64,000 nucleotides of DNA, taken from Calcarisporiella thermophila CBS 279.70 (taxonomy: Eukaryota; Fungi; Calcarisporiellomycota). The stretch is taken from the NCBI RefSeq assembly GCF_041956535.1, contig NW_027192203.1, positions 706,315-770,314 on the forward strand, given 5' to 3'. Each line of letters starts with the position of its first letter. The first letter of the stretch is position 1. The notes under the pieces are model-generated. The model was not told the DNA's origin, made no database searches, and worked only from the letters and a program-made list of their open reading frames with translations. The position numbers and the translations under genes are program-made. Below are positions 14,804 to 32,364 of the stretch, piece by piece.

Positions 14804-15470
14804 AGCTCCGGCCCGTGTGGAATCTATTCCACCCCTCCCCCCAACTCCATGAGTACGACATCGCTGCACAGCCGACTCATTGGTAGAAGCGTGTCTTCCC
14901 CTCCTTACATGAATCGCTAAAGAGCCGACTAAAATGCGGCGTGTCGCAGGCTCGAGCACCTGGGCTATTCCCCACTTTCGCCTTCGATCTTATGCGACTT
15001 ACAAATCGTCTCGCTAGATAGATGGCGCTCCAATCCCTGCGCTTGGGGCCTCTCTTCCTAGCTTTCGATTCGGCTTTGCCATTGGCGATTTTTTATCAAT
15101 AAAAAGTAAACCGGGTGGGGAGAGAAGCTGTTTTCCACACCCTGCAATTTCCATTGAGCTTTGAACCAGGATTCAAGTCGTAGACAGAGCTATAGAACCT
15201 TGGTACCCTATATCCTCAAACTTGGGCCTTGGCCCTTCAACTTCACTCTCGCACGCCATGGACAGTTTTGGACATCGATACTGGGGGATGATCACGTATA
15301 TTTTTAATAAAGGGCGATAGTAAAGAAGACGATATACACAGAAAATAGCTTTCACACATTCGCATTAGGAAAATAGAGGGTGGTGGAGTAGGGGGGCGGC
15401 GGAGAGGGAGAGGAGGAAGAGGGGAGAGATAAATTCCAAAAAAAAAAACTACACAACTAAACACAAATGT

Positions 15471-18400
15471 TCATGGCTGGACCGCCTCCAATACAATCTG
15501 CTCATGATCCGTATAGATCTGCCCGGTATCGAGATTCTCCACGTGGTACAGGATCTTGAACCGGCCGCACGAGATACAACATAACTGCAAGTGGTGGTAT
15601 ACGGTGTCCCCAGGCTGAACTTCCGACAGAGGCGCTTGCAGCACCCCCTGGTACAGCAGCTTGTCCCCCAGAGCGGGGTCTTTTGCCCCAATATAATTGG
15701 TTTGCACGGGAAGAAGTCGGACGCAGAAGCGCGCACCGGTGCCTAGGGTGGATCATCGCAACGCATTAGTATCCACGCGACGTCCCTCCATGACAAAAAA
15801 AAAAGGAAAAAAAAGAGGACAAAAATCACTCACTGAGCCGATTCACCACGCCAATCGACAGCGACACAAAGGTGTCCACCTCACACTGGAATTCCTTCGG
15901 GCCCACCCTTCGTACGTGACTGCCCTCCGCACTCGCGACCATCTCCACCGCAGGACGCTTGAGCGTCTCGAGGTGATGGGGCAAGAATCGAACCATCGGC
16001 CGAAGGAAAACGGTGCCGCAACGTTTGGTGGAGGGGCAGTGCCACCTCATCTGCAGGCGTTTCAGCAGGGCCTCGCGGTACCAGAACTGCTCGCGGCGAT
16101 GCTTTTCCTGCTCCTCGCTGAACCGCGTGGCAGACACCACAAACTGCTTGTTCTGCTCAAAGGTCGGAATGGGGCGAGACACCTCCTCGACGGAGAGGGA
16201 TATCCGCGGTAGGGGGAGCACGATGCGTTTGGTGGCATCGGGCTCTATGGAGACCTTGGAGCACGCAAAGTCCTCCTCCGCCTCGGCGACCCGGAAGCTC
16301 ACGTCCATGGCCCGAGACCAAATGTTCTTGACATCCAGGGTCATGAGACAGCACTCGCTCTCCCTTCCGTTGTGCTGCCACGCCTTGATAAGCAGCGATT
16401 CCGTATCGGAGCCCTCGGTGGCGCCTTGGAGCTTGGCCCCGTGCTCGGAGAGCGACGGGTCGACCCCCAGGTAAGCCAGGTCGAACTGTGCCACCTCCAG
16501 ATTTTGGTGCACCGTCATCAAGAAGGGGAGAAACAGCCGGCGAGTGTAGAAGGTGGGGGCAACGTTCCCCTCCTCCTCCCTCTCCATGTATCCGTAGTCG
16601 ATTTGGATGGAGGCGCTCGTGCATCCCCGCTTACCGAACACGTTGACCACGGCATCCCACGTCCCACCCGGTGGGATCGACACCTTGCGCGCAATGCTGG
16701 TCGCGTCCTTTTGGGTCGGGCTGGCCGGCCCCTCCCAGGACAGAGCGTGGATTCCCTTGGTGAAAAGATCCAGTTCGTAGATATCCTCCGGGGGGATCTC
16801 AGGCGTGATCACAGGCGCGTTTACCGTCGTAGAGTCGAAGAAAGAGAACCCAACAAAGTCGACCGGGGTGGAGCTGGCATTCTCCAGAGTGATTCGCAGG
16901 CTGGTGGTCTCTCCCTCGAACAGATCTATTGCCCCGTGGAGCAGCGAGGTGGATGCGATCTTGACAAGCGGCTGCTTGGGAACCACCGACACTTTGAGGG
17001 GTTGCAGCTCTTGGCTGGGTCGGTTGGCGGGAGGCTCGCCCGTGGACACCAGGGAATCCAGGCCGTTCTTCTTGATTTTGGTGGCTCCCCTGTTGTGCAA
17101 AACCTCCGTTTGCGTTGGGGATGGCAGAGGAAACTCTTGCTCGGTGCATCCAGCCACTCGTACTAGACAGCCTCGAATATCCAGCTCACCCGCCTCTAAT
17201 GGCGTGCCCGAGAGTTGGACTGCCATAAAACTCGATGCCGGGACGAGGACTGACAGTGGTACCGCCTCAAACTTAGCACCTGACGTACTACGGTGCAGAA
17301 CAGAAGAATCATCAGTACAAGGCAGATTCAAAATGAAGTCCACTCAGTAGAGGGGGGAGGGGCCATACCTAAGGGTGAGGGATTGGACGTCAAGGTCGTA
17401 GGCAAAAGGATTGATCAGGGTCACCGTAAACTGAGACATCTCGTTCGCCACCAAGATGATCTGCTCGGTATCCTTCTTTTTGCTGAATGGATTATAAATA
17501 AATGGATCTGTGCTGCCCTCAGCAACGGCGCCCCCTTGATTGGCAAAGGCACGGCCAGCGTGCGGGAATGGGATTAGGTGTTGGGGTTGCCTGTGCGGAA
17601 GATTCGAAATTCACTATGGTTGGGCTGAAAGTAGGATTCGCAAAGGATACTTACATGCAAACCTCGATCGAGGCGACCATGTTATACCCCCAATATTTTA
17701 TATCCGTGCCGGGCTTGCCATCCTTTCTGATGGCGGAGACGATCCGCGGGACAGAGGTGGCGAGTCGAACCTGCTCGTCTTTGGGCAAATATCGGTAGAA
17801 CTTGCGTAGAAGGGTGGCGGTGTAGCTTAGCATGGAGGGGTAGTCGGAGAGTGCCTCGGATACCGTGATACATTCTCGCAGGACATCGACTTGCAGCTCT
17901 GGCCATCCCTTGGAAAAATCGGCGTCCAAGCCGTACGGGTTATTGGCCTCATCTCCTAAATCTAAACCTCTGATTCATTAGATCGCCGACCAGTGGCGAA
18001 GGATACCAGCCACTCACCCTCGATTCCATAGGTACTGCACAGTTTCTTGAGACACTCGAGGATACCTCGATCCGAGATCCCCGCGAATGATTGGGATGAT
18101 GCCATTCGAGCCTCAAAGAGCAAGGGCAATACCAGCAGCGCCGTTTGTCGCAAGAAGAAGGCGTGTTTGCGCGGGTATCCGATAAAAGACATGATGGAAG
18201 CCATGACGGTGGTTATTTGGATCTAAAGGGGAGAAAGCACAGGTTGCATAAAGGAGTCAGCCGTCATCCTAGAGATGGCCGTCAATGGCAGCTCGAACCA
18301 ACCTGCTCCGTGAGAGTCAAGTCATCCATCGGGAAATTCCATGCACGCATCACCCAGGAAGCAATATCGGGCCTCGAAACGCCACACTTACGGCTCCAAA

Positions 18401-20199
18401 TTTTGGGGGGGGCCTGCGGGGTCGCGTCTTCTCTCGCGCTAACGTTGCCCAGCAGTATGCTCATGGATTTCTCGTTCCACCCGTCACACCACCACACCGT
18501 GGCAAGAAATCGCGCAATTTTAAGATAGGCCTCGATGGGAATCATCGACGGACAAGGTACCGCGCCAGATGACGTCGTATATTTAGTCAAGAGTTGCATG
18601 ATAGTGGCATACTTTTCGGGAAGGTCAATCAGGAGGGGCTTTGAAGAATGGCCAGGTATGGAGACTGAAGGGCTTCCCGGAGTGCCCGCTTGACCGGGAG
18701 CAGGATTGGTGATTAAATGCTTGAGAAAAGAGGGATGGAGATGTGAACGGAACATTCAAAGTGCACGTGATTCGAAGTTACACTTACAGTCAAGTTCAGA
18801 CATTCGGCCATAAAATAGGCGCAGCAGAGGCCTTCTAGTGCGCTCGCCTGCCATAGATAGTCAGAATTGGATTTCAGCAGCTCTATGCAAGTTGTATAGC
18901 TGTGAGTCAAACAGTTAAATAAACGTCGTATTAGATTATTGTTTTTTCTATGCGATATCCGCTCTGGTCATTCCACTCTATTAATACCTGGTGACTGCGT
19001 CAGGCAGCCGTCCCGATAGCAAATACAGATCGGCGATTAATTTCATGCCACGTGCTGGTGTCCGTTTGCGAACTTTTGCTTCAGCCGATGTGGCCATGCT
19101 TAGGTTGGAAGTGGGTGAGAGGGTGGAGGCGATAGAGGGTGAACGCAAGGCGGGATAGGTGGACTCGAAGTGTTCTGGACGCTCGGGCATTACATCCTTC
19201 TTGCTACTGAGGGAGGTTTTGGCTGGTTGAGGCACTGATGGCTGCATATCAGGCGGATTGAAGGAATGCATTGAGTTTCTTGAAGCAGGGCGAGGAACGG
19301 CTAGTGACATGTATCCAGAGTACCGTGCCTGCGGGGATTCGATAATTTGTCGCTTGTCAATGTCAGCGGCCTAGAAAAAGCCAGTATTATTGAATGCCAT
19401 ATTCATTTTTTTGTGACAATGATAATCCAATACCAAGTTGCCGAATTCGGTCAACATGCTGCTAGCGAAATCGCACATCATGGTACTCATGTAAAAAGAC
19501 ATATCTCCAAAGTTGGGTATCATAACAAGGCCTTTGGTCGTATCTGGCTGGTTCTCTAATGGATCAAATGCAAAACAGCGGCTAACCAGCACCGTCGGGT
19601 ACTGAGAATACGGAAATAGTAAAGCTCGTTAATTTGGGCCGGTGTGCTCCAATACTGTAACAGATATCTTCACCTTTGAGAGATCCTGGGAAAATTGCTT
19701 GAAACCTTCGCTCATGTCTTTCTCCTTCCATTCCTGACAATCCATTATCCCGATGACCTTATATTGAAAAACATATTGATTAAAACAAATGAAGTGATCA
19801 GCAAGACATTCTCATTGACCCACCCCATATATTCGTCTATGCATTTGAAATTCCTCGAGATAAGCTTGCTCAGTCGAGTATTGTGAGACAAAATTAAAGT
19901 GGAGTTGCCCTTCTTGGAACACCTGAGAGCTGAACATAGCTTCCAATCCGAAGCAATGAAAAGAATTAGCAAATCTGAAAACCGAAAGATGATAACAATG
20001 CGCAAACCAATAGGACAATAAACTTACCATTGGCTCCCTTCTTCAGATCGGGGGTCACGTCCCCCAATCGTACGCTATTGAAAGTCTGTACCAGTGTGGC
20101 ATGCTTCTTGAAGGTTGCATATTTAATGGGCCCCACGGGCACAAGTAACACGCGGATCTGTGCATGCGAAGCGATGGACGCAAACGATGAGCCCATCAT
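15471..20199 (-). CDS. TRS120: TRAPP II complex subunit Trs120/TRAPPC9
   Basis: IRVLLVPVGPIK...VRLGDVTPD; ADLYLLSGRLPDA; DYLWQASALEG; GYPRKHAFFLR; GWPELQVDVLRECI; NPFIYNPF; about 11 exons. Confidence 0.92.
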
Positions 20200-20416
20200 T
20201 GCGAATCTGTAGACAAAATACGGTGAGTTGTGCTCTTTTCCTCTTCAAAATTTCAGATGAACGCAATGGCAATGGAGCCCACTTGCACGCGTTTTGTTAG
20301 ACGCAGCAATTTTGAGGTTTCAGCACTGTCTGATGTTTTTAGCAGTCCCATTAACGACTCTTTTCTGCATCATTATTTCCACCTTGGCCTACTTTCCATT
20401 CACTTAACCAAGGATC

Positions 20417-24023
<3,607 letters not shown>

Positions 24024-25006
24024 TTTGTGCATCTTCTGTTTCTCTCGTCTTTCCTTCCATGACTTCTTATCCCCTCATCTTACATCAACGCTGTTTTCAT
24101 GACATATTCACTCATGGGGCTTTCAGAGATTCCTTTTGTAAATGTTTTTGCTTCTCTATAAAGATTATTTTTTAATTTATTTAATTAGCTCTTTTGGAAG
24201 AGAATTTGATTTGATTTGCCTAATAAAATCATTTTCGCGGATGATTGCGAGTAAAAATTAGGTCAACTGTGCAAAGTTAACCTAATTGTGGCATCGCGTT
24301 GACAGAGGATTTGGGTGGAGGAGGAGCAAGATCACTTGACCAAGTAGGACAAATGTAGCACACTGCGATATGACTACATACATCGAACCGTATATGGTAG
24401 AGTGTCTCAAAAGGAAGGCTTTTGCAGGGGGAGGAGGGGGAGTGAAGGCATCATCGCCATAAGCCTCCCCGAGACTCCCCTAGTTTGTTCCGCTTTACCA
24501 AGTTTCTCCAGATCCAAAGGTTTCTCCAGACCTAATAAGTTTCATCCTCATTATTACGTGGTCTTTGCATATAGACAACTGCTCAATATTTAAAGACAGA
24601 AGGGGGGGACGGAGGGGAGAATGAAGGGAGAGGTCAAGGTCATACTTTCGGGTAACTTATTGTTTAATTCTCTCCTTGCACATACAGCGTCGTATTTTAT
24701 CACTTGCTAAGAAATTTTGGTACAAGATTAATTAGCCGATCGTACCAACTAAAAAACTTACATAATCTTGACGGTCTGTGAAATTACGGTTGTTAGATTT
24801 CATAATGCTGGCCATGGTTGAATAAAATGATGCTACAAATTAGATTCGAACTGGACATACACCCTCTTCCTTGGGACTATAAATACGGCTTGCCTGGCTT
24901 TCTTCTTCGCGCTCTACCCTCGAATTGAATTCAGGCCTCTCTCCTCTCTCCTCTCCTCGACTTCTCCAACCGCCATCCCCACCCTCAACCACACATAGGA
25001 CACAGT

Positions 25007-26795
25007 ATGAAGATCTTTAACGCACTCCTCCTTGCAGCGGTGATGCTCACCCTCACCGCTGCTCAACAAGAAGCGCAGGTGCAGGACACCCAGGCTGACC
25101 AAGCGCTTCTCGAGTTCAACAAGCCATCGAAGCCCCTCTCCTTCAAGGGCCATCAAGTCGTGACCGTGGAGGTGCGCAACCAGGCAGAACTCGATACCCT
25201 TGTTCGCACGATCCAGGTTTGTGGGCCCAGTGGATAAAATTCTTGGACATTTGGGCTGACCTCTGCTTACCTCGTAGAAATACCACCTCGACGAGTGGTC
25301 TCACCCCAAGATTGGCGAGGTTGACTTGCGCATTCCTCCTGAGCTTAGTGAAACCTTCAAGAAGGCCGTCCGTTCACCCCTCAAGGTCAAGATTGCCGAT
25401 CTGGGTGCTGCCATCGAGGAAGAGGCCAAGCCCAGTACAGAGGAACTCCGCCCCCAGTCTAAGGTGTTGGCTGCAGCCCCCCCGAACTTGGACTGGTTCA
25501 AGAGCTACAAAAATCTTGCTGAACACCAAAACTTCATCAAGAAGTTGAACGCTGACTACGCTAGCATCACGGAGGTGGTGAGCGCAGGAAAGACATACGA
25601 GAACAGGGACATTACCGGGTTGAGAATCAAGGGCAAGAATGCCAAGAAAACCTTCATCATCCATGGAGGTATCCACGCCCGTGAATGGATTACTCCGGTA
25701 AATCGCAAGCATATTAGAAGGAGCTAGCGTCATGAAGCTAACAAGATTTTCAATTGCATGTGCTACCCTTTTTATTTTGTGTTATTTAGGCCACTGTCGC
25801 TTATCTCATGAACGCTTTGGCTGGTCTGTACGGAAAAGACCAACGCATCACCAATATTGTGGACAACTACGACACATACGTATTCCCTATCCTGAATGCT
25901 GATGGCTACGTTTTCACACAAAGCAATCGTATGGTGAGTACTTGCTTTTCATTCAAATGGGTTGAAGCGTTTCCCAAAGTTGTAACCGCCTTTTTTGCAC
26001 TGAATAGTGGCGGAAGAACAGACAACCCAACGGCGGTAGCAGCTGTGTTGGTACCGATGTTAACCGTAATTGGGTAAATACGCAGACCTTATATTTAAAA
26101 CTAAAAGTCCTGGGAAACTCATTTTTAAATTTATTCAGGCTGCTGGCTTTGGCGGTCCCGGTGCTTCAAACAACCCATGTGACGAAAGTAAATCAATGCC
26201 TCCCGTTTTCTCCTCTTCTCCGTCGCATATGTGTTAACCCAACCTGTATTTTCCAAAATTTCTAGCTTACCACGGCCCCTCTGCCTTCTCTTCCCCTGAA
26301 GCCAGGGCGATGTCCCAGTTCATCTCGGCGAAGAGGCCCCATGTCTATTTCGACATCCACTCCTACAGTCAGCTGTGGATGTGGCCGTACGGTTACAAGT
26401 GCAGCGGAACTCCACCCAATGGAGCCAATATCGAAAAAGCTGGCCGAAGGGCTGCCCAGGCATTGCAGTCAGTCCACGGAACACAATTCACTTCTGGGCC
26501 CATCTGTACCACCATCTACCAAGCGTCAGGAAGTACTGTCGACTGGGCCGTGGACAGTGAGTTTATTTCTCACATTTGTTTCTAAAACAAGAAACCATAG
26601 TGGCCGGCTTCTCTAACTCGTCTGCTCTCTATTCCCCTCCATATAGAAGCTGGAGTTGCCTATCCATACACCCTTGAACTCCGTGATAAGGGAAGATACG
26701 GTTTCGTTCTCCCGGCTAACCAAATCATTCCGTCGGGTGAGGAGACCCTTGAGGGCATTTTGACCTTGTTGGAATACGCTCTTGGCACAAGATAA
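25007..26795 (+). CDS. Secreted zinc metallocarboxypeptidase, M14A (copy 1)
   Basis: Signal peptide, propeptide, [38 protein letters not shown]. Confidence 0.95.
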
Positions 26796-27476
26796 TTCCC
26801 CCCCCCCCTATACCAAGAAAAGCCTGGTCTTTTCTCTTAACTCGTGTTATTTGTATAACTATATGCTCGAATTTAGTAAATAAAAGTAAGAGTTCATTTA
26901 CATTGGCAATGCTATTTGCACGGAGGCTCCGCCCCCTTCTCCTCAAACTTACTTTCTAGTTCGCATCACCAGAAACCTTCGTGGAAAAAATTTGGATTCA
27001 CGTGATAAGGTTCTCCTTGCATTGTGTAAGCAATGGGGAAGCCATGGGTGTGATTGAATGCCACCTCGGTCGAAAGCGCCTGAAAATCCAGGCTGAACTG
27101 CCAAAAATAAGATTAGCCACAAACCCCTTTAAATTCCCTTATGTAACGATTACGAAACAAGCTCATTAAAATTGGCACTTAGAGGGTGTTCTCTTTCATT
27201 ATTACCTACGAAATACTTTAAGTTTTGAGAGTCTGGCTGAAAACTTGTCTTTTTCCCCTGGTATTATGTCTACTTCCGTTCTTTGTGCCTTATCGTCAAA
27301 CACTACTTTAAAATGAAAAACCTAAGTTTTTATGGGCAGCGACCTTTTTAAAAGGATGCAGCCCAATTTCCCGCTACCGTCCAACCCGCCCATTGAATTC
27401 ATTCTATTTCTCTTATTTCCTAGACATATTGCACCTATTTCATACCGTTGTTACTTGATTTTATCTCATTTATATT

Positions 27477-29118
27477 ATGAGATTTTGTAAAGCGTTGATT
27501 CTCGTGGCTTCTCTCTTGAGTGCCGTGTCTTTGGGGTTCTCCCAAGGCCTTAGTGGAGCCGAAATACAGTCGATCCTCCAAAAAGAACGTAACCCTCCTC
27601 TCGGGGGACAATTTTCCTTTAAAGGCCATCAGGTTTTGACCTTTGACATAAGGAATCAAGCTGAGTTGGAGGAATTAACCAAAGTGATCAAGGTAAAATA
27701 GTAATGAGGATATATTTTGAAGAGTTGCGAATTAGGTCGTTTATCAGCTTCACCTTTCCAAATCAATCTACATAGAAATATTCACTTGATGAATGGACAA
27801 GGCCTCATATTGGTCCTGTGGATGTGCGAGTGCAGCCTGAATTCATTACTGCTGTCCGCTCCTCCGTTCGCTCTCCAGTCAAGGTCAAAATACCAGACTT
27901 AGGCGAGGCTATTCTCCTTTCAAACCGCCAAGCAGATGCTCAGTTAAGGAAATCTGTCACCACACCCGGTCTCCCCAATCTCGACTTTTCTAAAAGTTAT
28001 CATAACTATGAAGAACTGGCACAGTTTGTGACAAAGCTCAACAACGATTATAAGAACATCACCGAGGTGGTGAGTGTGGGTAAGAGCTATGAGGGACGAG
28101 ATATGATAGGACTGAGAATAAGGGGGAAAAATCCCAAGAAAGTATTCATTTTCAATGGAGCACAGCACGCTCGCGAGTGGCTCACACCGGTAAACGCCCC
28201 TTGTAAAGCGATACAATCCAACCTTTATTAATCTCGTTTTGTCTCCCTCAAACTCAAGGCTGTCACCGCATACATAATGGATGCATTTACAGGCCTCTAC
28301 GGCAAAGACGAGACCATTACGCAGTTGGTAGATCACTACGATATCTACGCAATCCCGGTCATGAATCCCGATGGCTATAAGTTCACACAATCTAATCGTA
28401 TGTGGCGTAAAAATCGTCAACCGAATCCCAGCAGCCGATGCATCGGAACGAATACTGATCGCAACTGGGATGCAGCATTTGGCGGTCCCGGGTCTTCCAA
28501 TGATCCATGCGATGAAGGTAAGATGACCAGGAGCGCAAGTCTATTTCATAGTCCTTGGAGGAGAACTATGTTCTCTTTTCGTTTAATACCTTTAATTCCT
28601 TAGCATACCATGGCCCCTCCGCCTTCTCATCGCCAGAGTCCAAAAACATGGCCGAATTCATTAAAAGTAAGAAAGCCTACGTGTACATTGACTTCCACGC
28701 TTACGGCCAGCGATGGATGTGGTCCTATGGCGATAGTTGTAGTAAAAAACCTCCGAATGAGGAAAAATTAAAAAAGGGAGCCGAGCTCGCGGTGAATGCT
28801 CTGGCCGCCACCCACGGTAGCCGTTTCGAGACGGGACCCAATTGCTCTCCTTATGAAATCTCAGGAAGCGCAGTTGACTGGGCTACGGAGAGTGAGTACC
28901 CTTGCAAACTAATTACTTTGCATATCGACTTCTTTAATGCAACAACGCAACTCACATCTTAAATGCGTATAGAGGGACAGGTGCCTTTCGCTTACGCTGT
29001 TGAACTACGGGATCAAGGTAGATACGGTTTTGTATTGCCAGCTAACCAAATCATCCCATCTGGTGAGGAAACGCTAGCAGGTGTAAGCGCGTTGTTAAGA
29101 TACGTCATGGATAACTAA
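27477..29118 (+). CDS. Secreted zinc metallocarboxypeptidase, M14A (copy 2, altered substrate-binding motif)
   Basis: [37 protein letters not shown]. Confidence 0.93.
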
Positions 29119-30700
29119 ATTCCGCACAAAAATATACTATTAAAGAAAAGAACAATCAAAAGCTCTATCGTTTTTAATCTTCTTATTGTGTATTATTTAC
29201 GTGTTGGAATACACTATGTACTTGAAAAATATGTTTTGAATTGGTAAGAACAGTCATTCATGAACCGGATGAAGTTTCTTGAGCTGTCCAAAGCGGTGAT
29301 CATCCGAATATACTCATATTGTCTTTCGGCGATATATTTGGTTCTCGATGGGATGATCCACAACGCAGTTTGTGGATTCAAAATGGTGTAACTAGAAAAA
29401 AAAGTTATGAATACGAGATATGAATCAATGCATGCTCCTTCTTCACTCCTCCAAAGCAAATGTGTGTATCGTCAGTACTCTCTCTGCTTATTGCCGACTA
29501 ATTCAGTTCAACTTACCAACAAACCTTAGGCAAATGCTTAGAATGTCAGCTGCTCAGCCATGCTTATTTAGGAGAAAACTTGGGAGGCATTAATAAATTA
29601 AATCAGATCATCCCAACTATTCAGAATGAGGTATGTGTGAATCTCAGTATGGTATGGCGGGTCCTGTAACCGCTACATTGCTTTATTATTTGAAATTTAC
29701 CACGATACTTGGCTCATAACTGGAGAGGGTGTTTCTAACCAAATCAGGATGGACTAGCTACCAGTGCAGAGAACCAATCGTGGTACACACTCAAAAGAGA
29801 TAGAAAAAGCCCAGGCTCCAATGAGAAGAATACCAGATCCCTGTTCTAAGACTTGCCTTAATTTCGTAATAATGCATTCTCGATAGAATATTAAGCGAGC
29901 AAAGTCGTGATCATTTTGAGGTCGAATAATTAGCAACATGCCAATATTTCTGCTAAATGGCCTACTAGGTAACTCATGGGGTTTATTTAGATTTCTAAGT
30001 GAACGCTACCGAGCCAAACGCTTTGCCCTATATATTATCCAAACTCTCATTAATACAAGCGAACTACACTAGAAAAGCATCTAAAATAAAGTTAACACTC
30101 CCACCTTCGTTGCCAAGAATTAGGTTACTAGGTTAGCGATTCTATTTTCTTTCGGCGCACGGTTGCTCACGGCGAATCCGATAGTTGCAATTAAATTAAC
30201 GTAACGTATTTAGTGAATCGAAACACGGACTTATAGGCTGGAGGTGAAATTAAACACAAATCCCACCTCCATGTCCCTTTTATGTCACGATTATGAAATT
30301 TGTACACTAGAAGATGGGCATAGAATCTAGACTACCATTCCATTATTACGTAGTTTGCTCTTTAGCTTACCAAAGGGTTGGCTATATGTTGTTTGCCTTT
30401 CTTGAGTACCTGGATTATTACCTTCACCCCCTTTCAATATTACCCCGAAAGCACCACTTGGATCGCGGTATAGTTTGTTTTTTTTCCATTTGGCGCTCTG
30501 ACGTCTCATATGATCAAATATGAATCTGAAATGCTAAACCACTTTGATTGGCACGGTACGTATAAAAGGAAGACGCTTTTCCCTGATCCCTTTCCAAACG
30601 GATCCCCTTATTTCTTCATTCGTCTTTCACTTGAGCCTCTTCTTCTCCCCTATCCCTTATAGTTTACCCCCCTCTTTACTACTTCTTGTGCCTGCGTGTT

Positions 30701-32364
30701 ATGCGGTTTTTTAATGCGTTAATTCTCGGCGCTACACTGATGAGTAGCGTTTCTATTGTGTCTTCTCAGGAACTAAGCGATGCCGAGATACAGTCGGTCC
30801 TCGACAAATACAATAACCCTTCCAGCGAAAAGCAGGTTTCCTATAAAGGTCATCAAGTGCTGACGTTCAATATACGCAATCAAACTGAGCTGGATGAATT
30901 GACTAAAGTGATTGAGGTAGAGTAGACACAACGTAAAGAGATCTGAAGAAGGCGACGATGGAATAAGAGTTTTATTTTTATATTCTGCTTCAATAGAAAT
31001 ATTCGCTTGATGAGTGGACCGAGCCTCGTATCGGATCAGTGGATGTTCGAGTGCAACCTGAGTTCAATGCTGCAGTCCGCTCTGCCATCCGTTCTCCAAT
31101 GAAGGTCAAGATTCTCGACCTAGATGCTGCCATCCTTCGGTCCAAGAGCCAGGCTGAAGGCCGGGCTGCAGCCGCGGGAGAGGCCGTATTTAAAGCCGCC
31201 ACTGCCGTTGCCCCCCCTAACCCTAGCTTTTTTGACAATTATCATACCTATGAGGAGCTGGCACAGTTTGTGAAAAAACTTAACAGCGACCATGGGAACA
31301 TCACCGAGGTGGTGAGTGCGGGTAAGAGTCATGAGGGGCGAGACATGGTAGGACTGAGAATCAAGGGGAAAGACCCCAAGAAAGTATTCATCTTCCATGG
31401 AGCACAGCACGCTCGAGAGTGGATCTCACCGGCAAGTAGCACCGTTCACGCGTCACCACCCCCTTCTTTTACTCATCACTTTACTTCTACTTACCCTAGG
31501 CTGTCACCACATATCTCATGAATGCATTTGCAGGTCTGTACGGCAAAGACGAGACGATTACGCAGCTGGTGGACAACTTCGATATCTACGCGATCCCGGT
31601 CATGAATCCCGATGGATACAAGTACACGTGGGGGGCCGATCGCATGTGGCGCAAAAATCGTCAACCGAATAGCAATAGCCGTTGCATCGGGACGGACAAT
31701 AACCGCAACTGGGACACTGACTTTGGCGGTCCTGGGGCTTCCAATAATCCATGCCAAGAAAGTGAGATGTCCAGGGCGCAAATCCATTTCATCGTCCTTG
31801 GTATTGACCTTTGTTTTCTCTGCATTTCTTCCCTTTTTTAGCCTACCACGGCCCATCCGCCTTCTCTTCGCCTGAAGCCAAAAACATGGCCGAATTTATT
31901 AAAAGTAAAAAAGCCTACGTGTACATTGACTTCCACGCCTACAGTCAGCTATGGATGTGGTCCTATGGCTATTCATGCAATAAAGTAGCTCCCAACGACA
32001 GAAAGTTAAGGGAGTGCGGGAACCGCGCGGTCCAAGCTCTCCAAGCCGTCCACGGCAAGAGTTTTCAGGCGGGACCCATTTGCTCCACGATTTATCAGGC
32101 GTCGGGAAGTTCCGTTGATTGGGCTACAGATAGTGAGTGTTGGCCCGTGAATGATGGCCCTCTTCTTGAACACCTCTTTGATGCGTCATATGAACTTTAA
32201 CTTCTTTTATTTTCATAGCCGGAAAGGTGCCGTTCTCCTACACGGTTGAGCTTCGCGATAAAGGGGAACAGGGCTTCTTACTCCCGCCCGGTCAAATTCG
32301 CCCCTCTGGAGAGGAAATGCTGGCCGCGGTGATCGAAATGTTGAAGTGTGTGATGGCCAGTTGA
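30701..32364 (+). CDS. Secreted zinc metallocarboxypeptidase, M14A (copy 3)
   Basis: QHAREW, WRKNR, GTDNNRNW, DFHAYSQ, IYQASG, TVELRD; GC-AG intron at 31432-31499. Confidence 0.94.

Noticed and set aside
13865-14959. Minus-strand ORFs over the HSF gene
   Set aside because: Antisense to a clear spliced gene in GC-rich sequence.
15697-17350. Long plus-strand ORFs (264, 181, 171 and 153 aa)
   Set aside because: Antisense shadows of the GC-rich large Trs120 exon, with no recognisable motifs.
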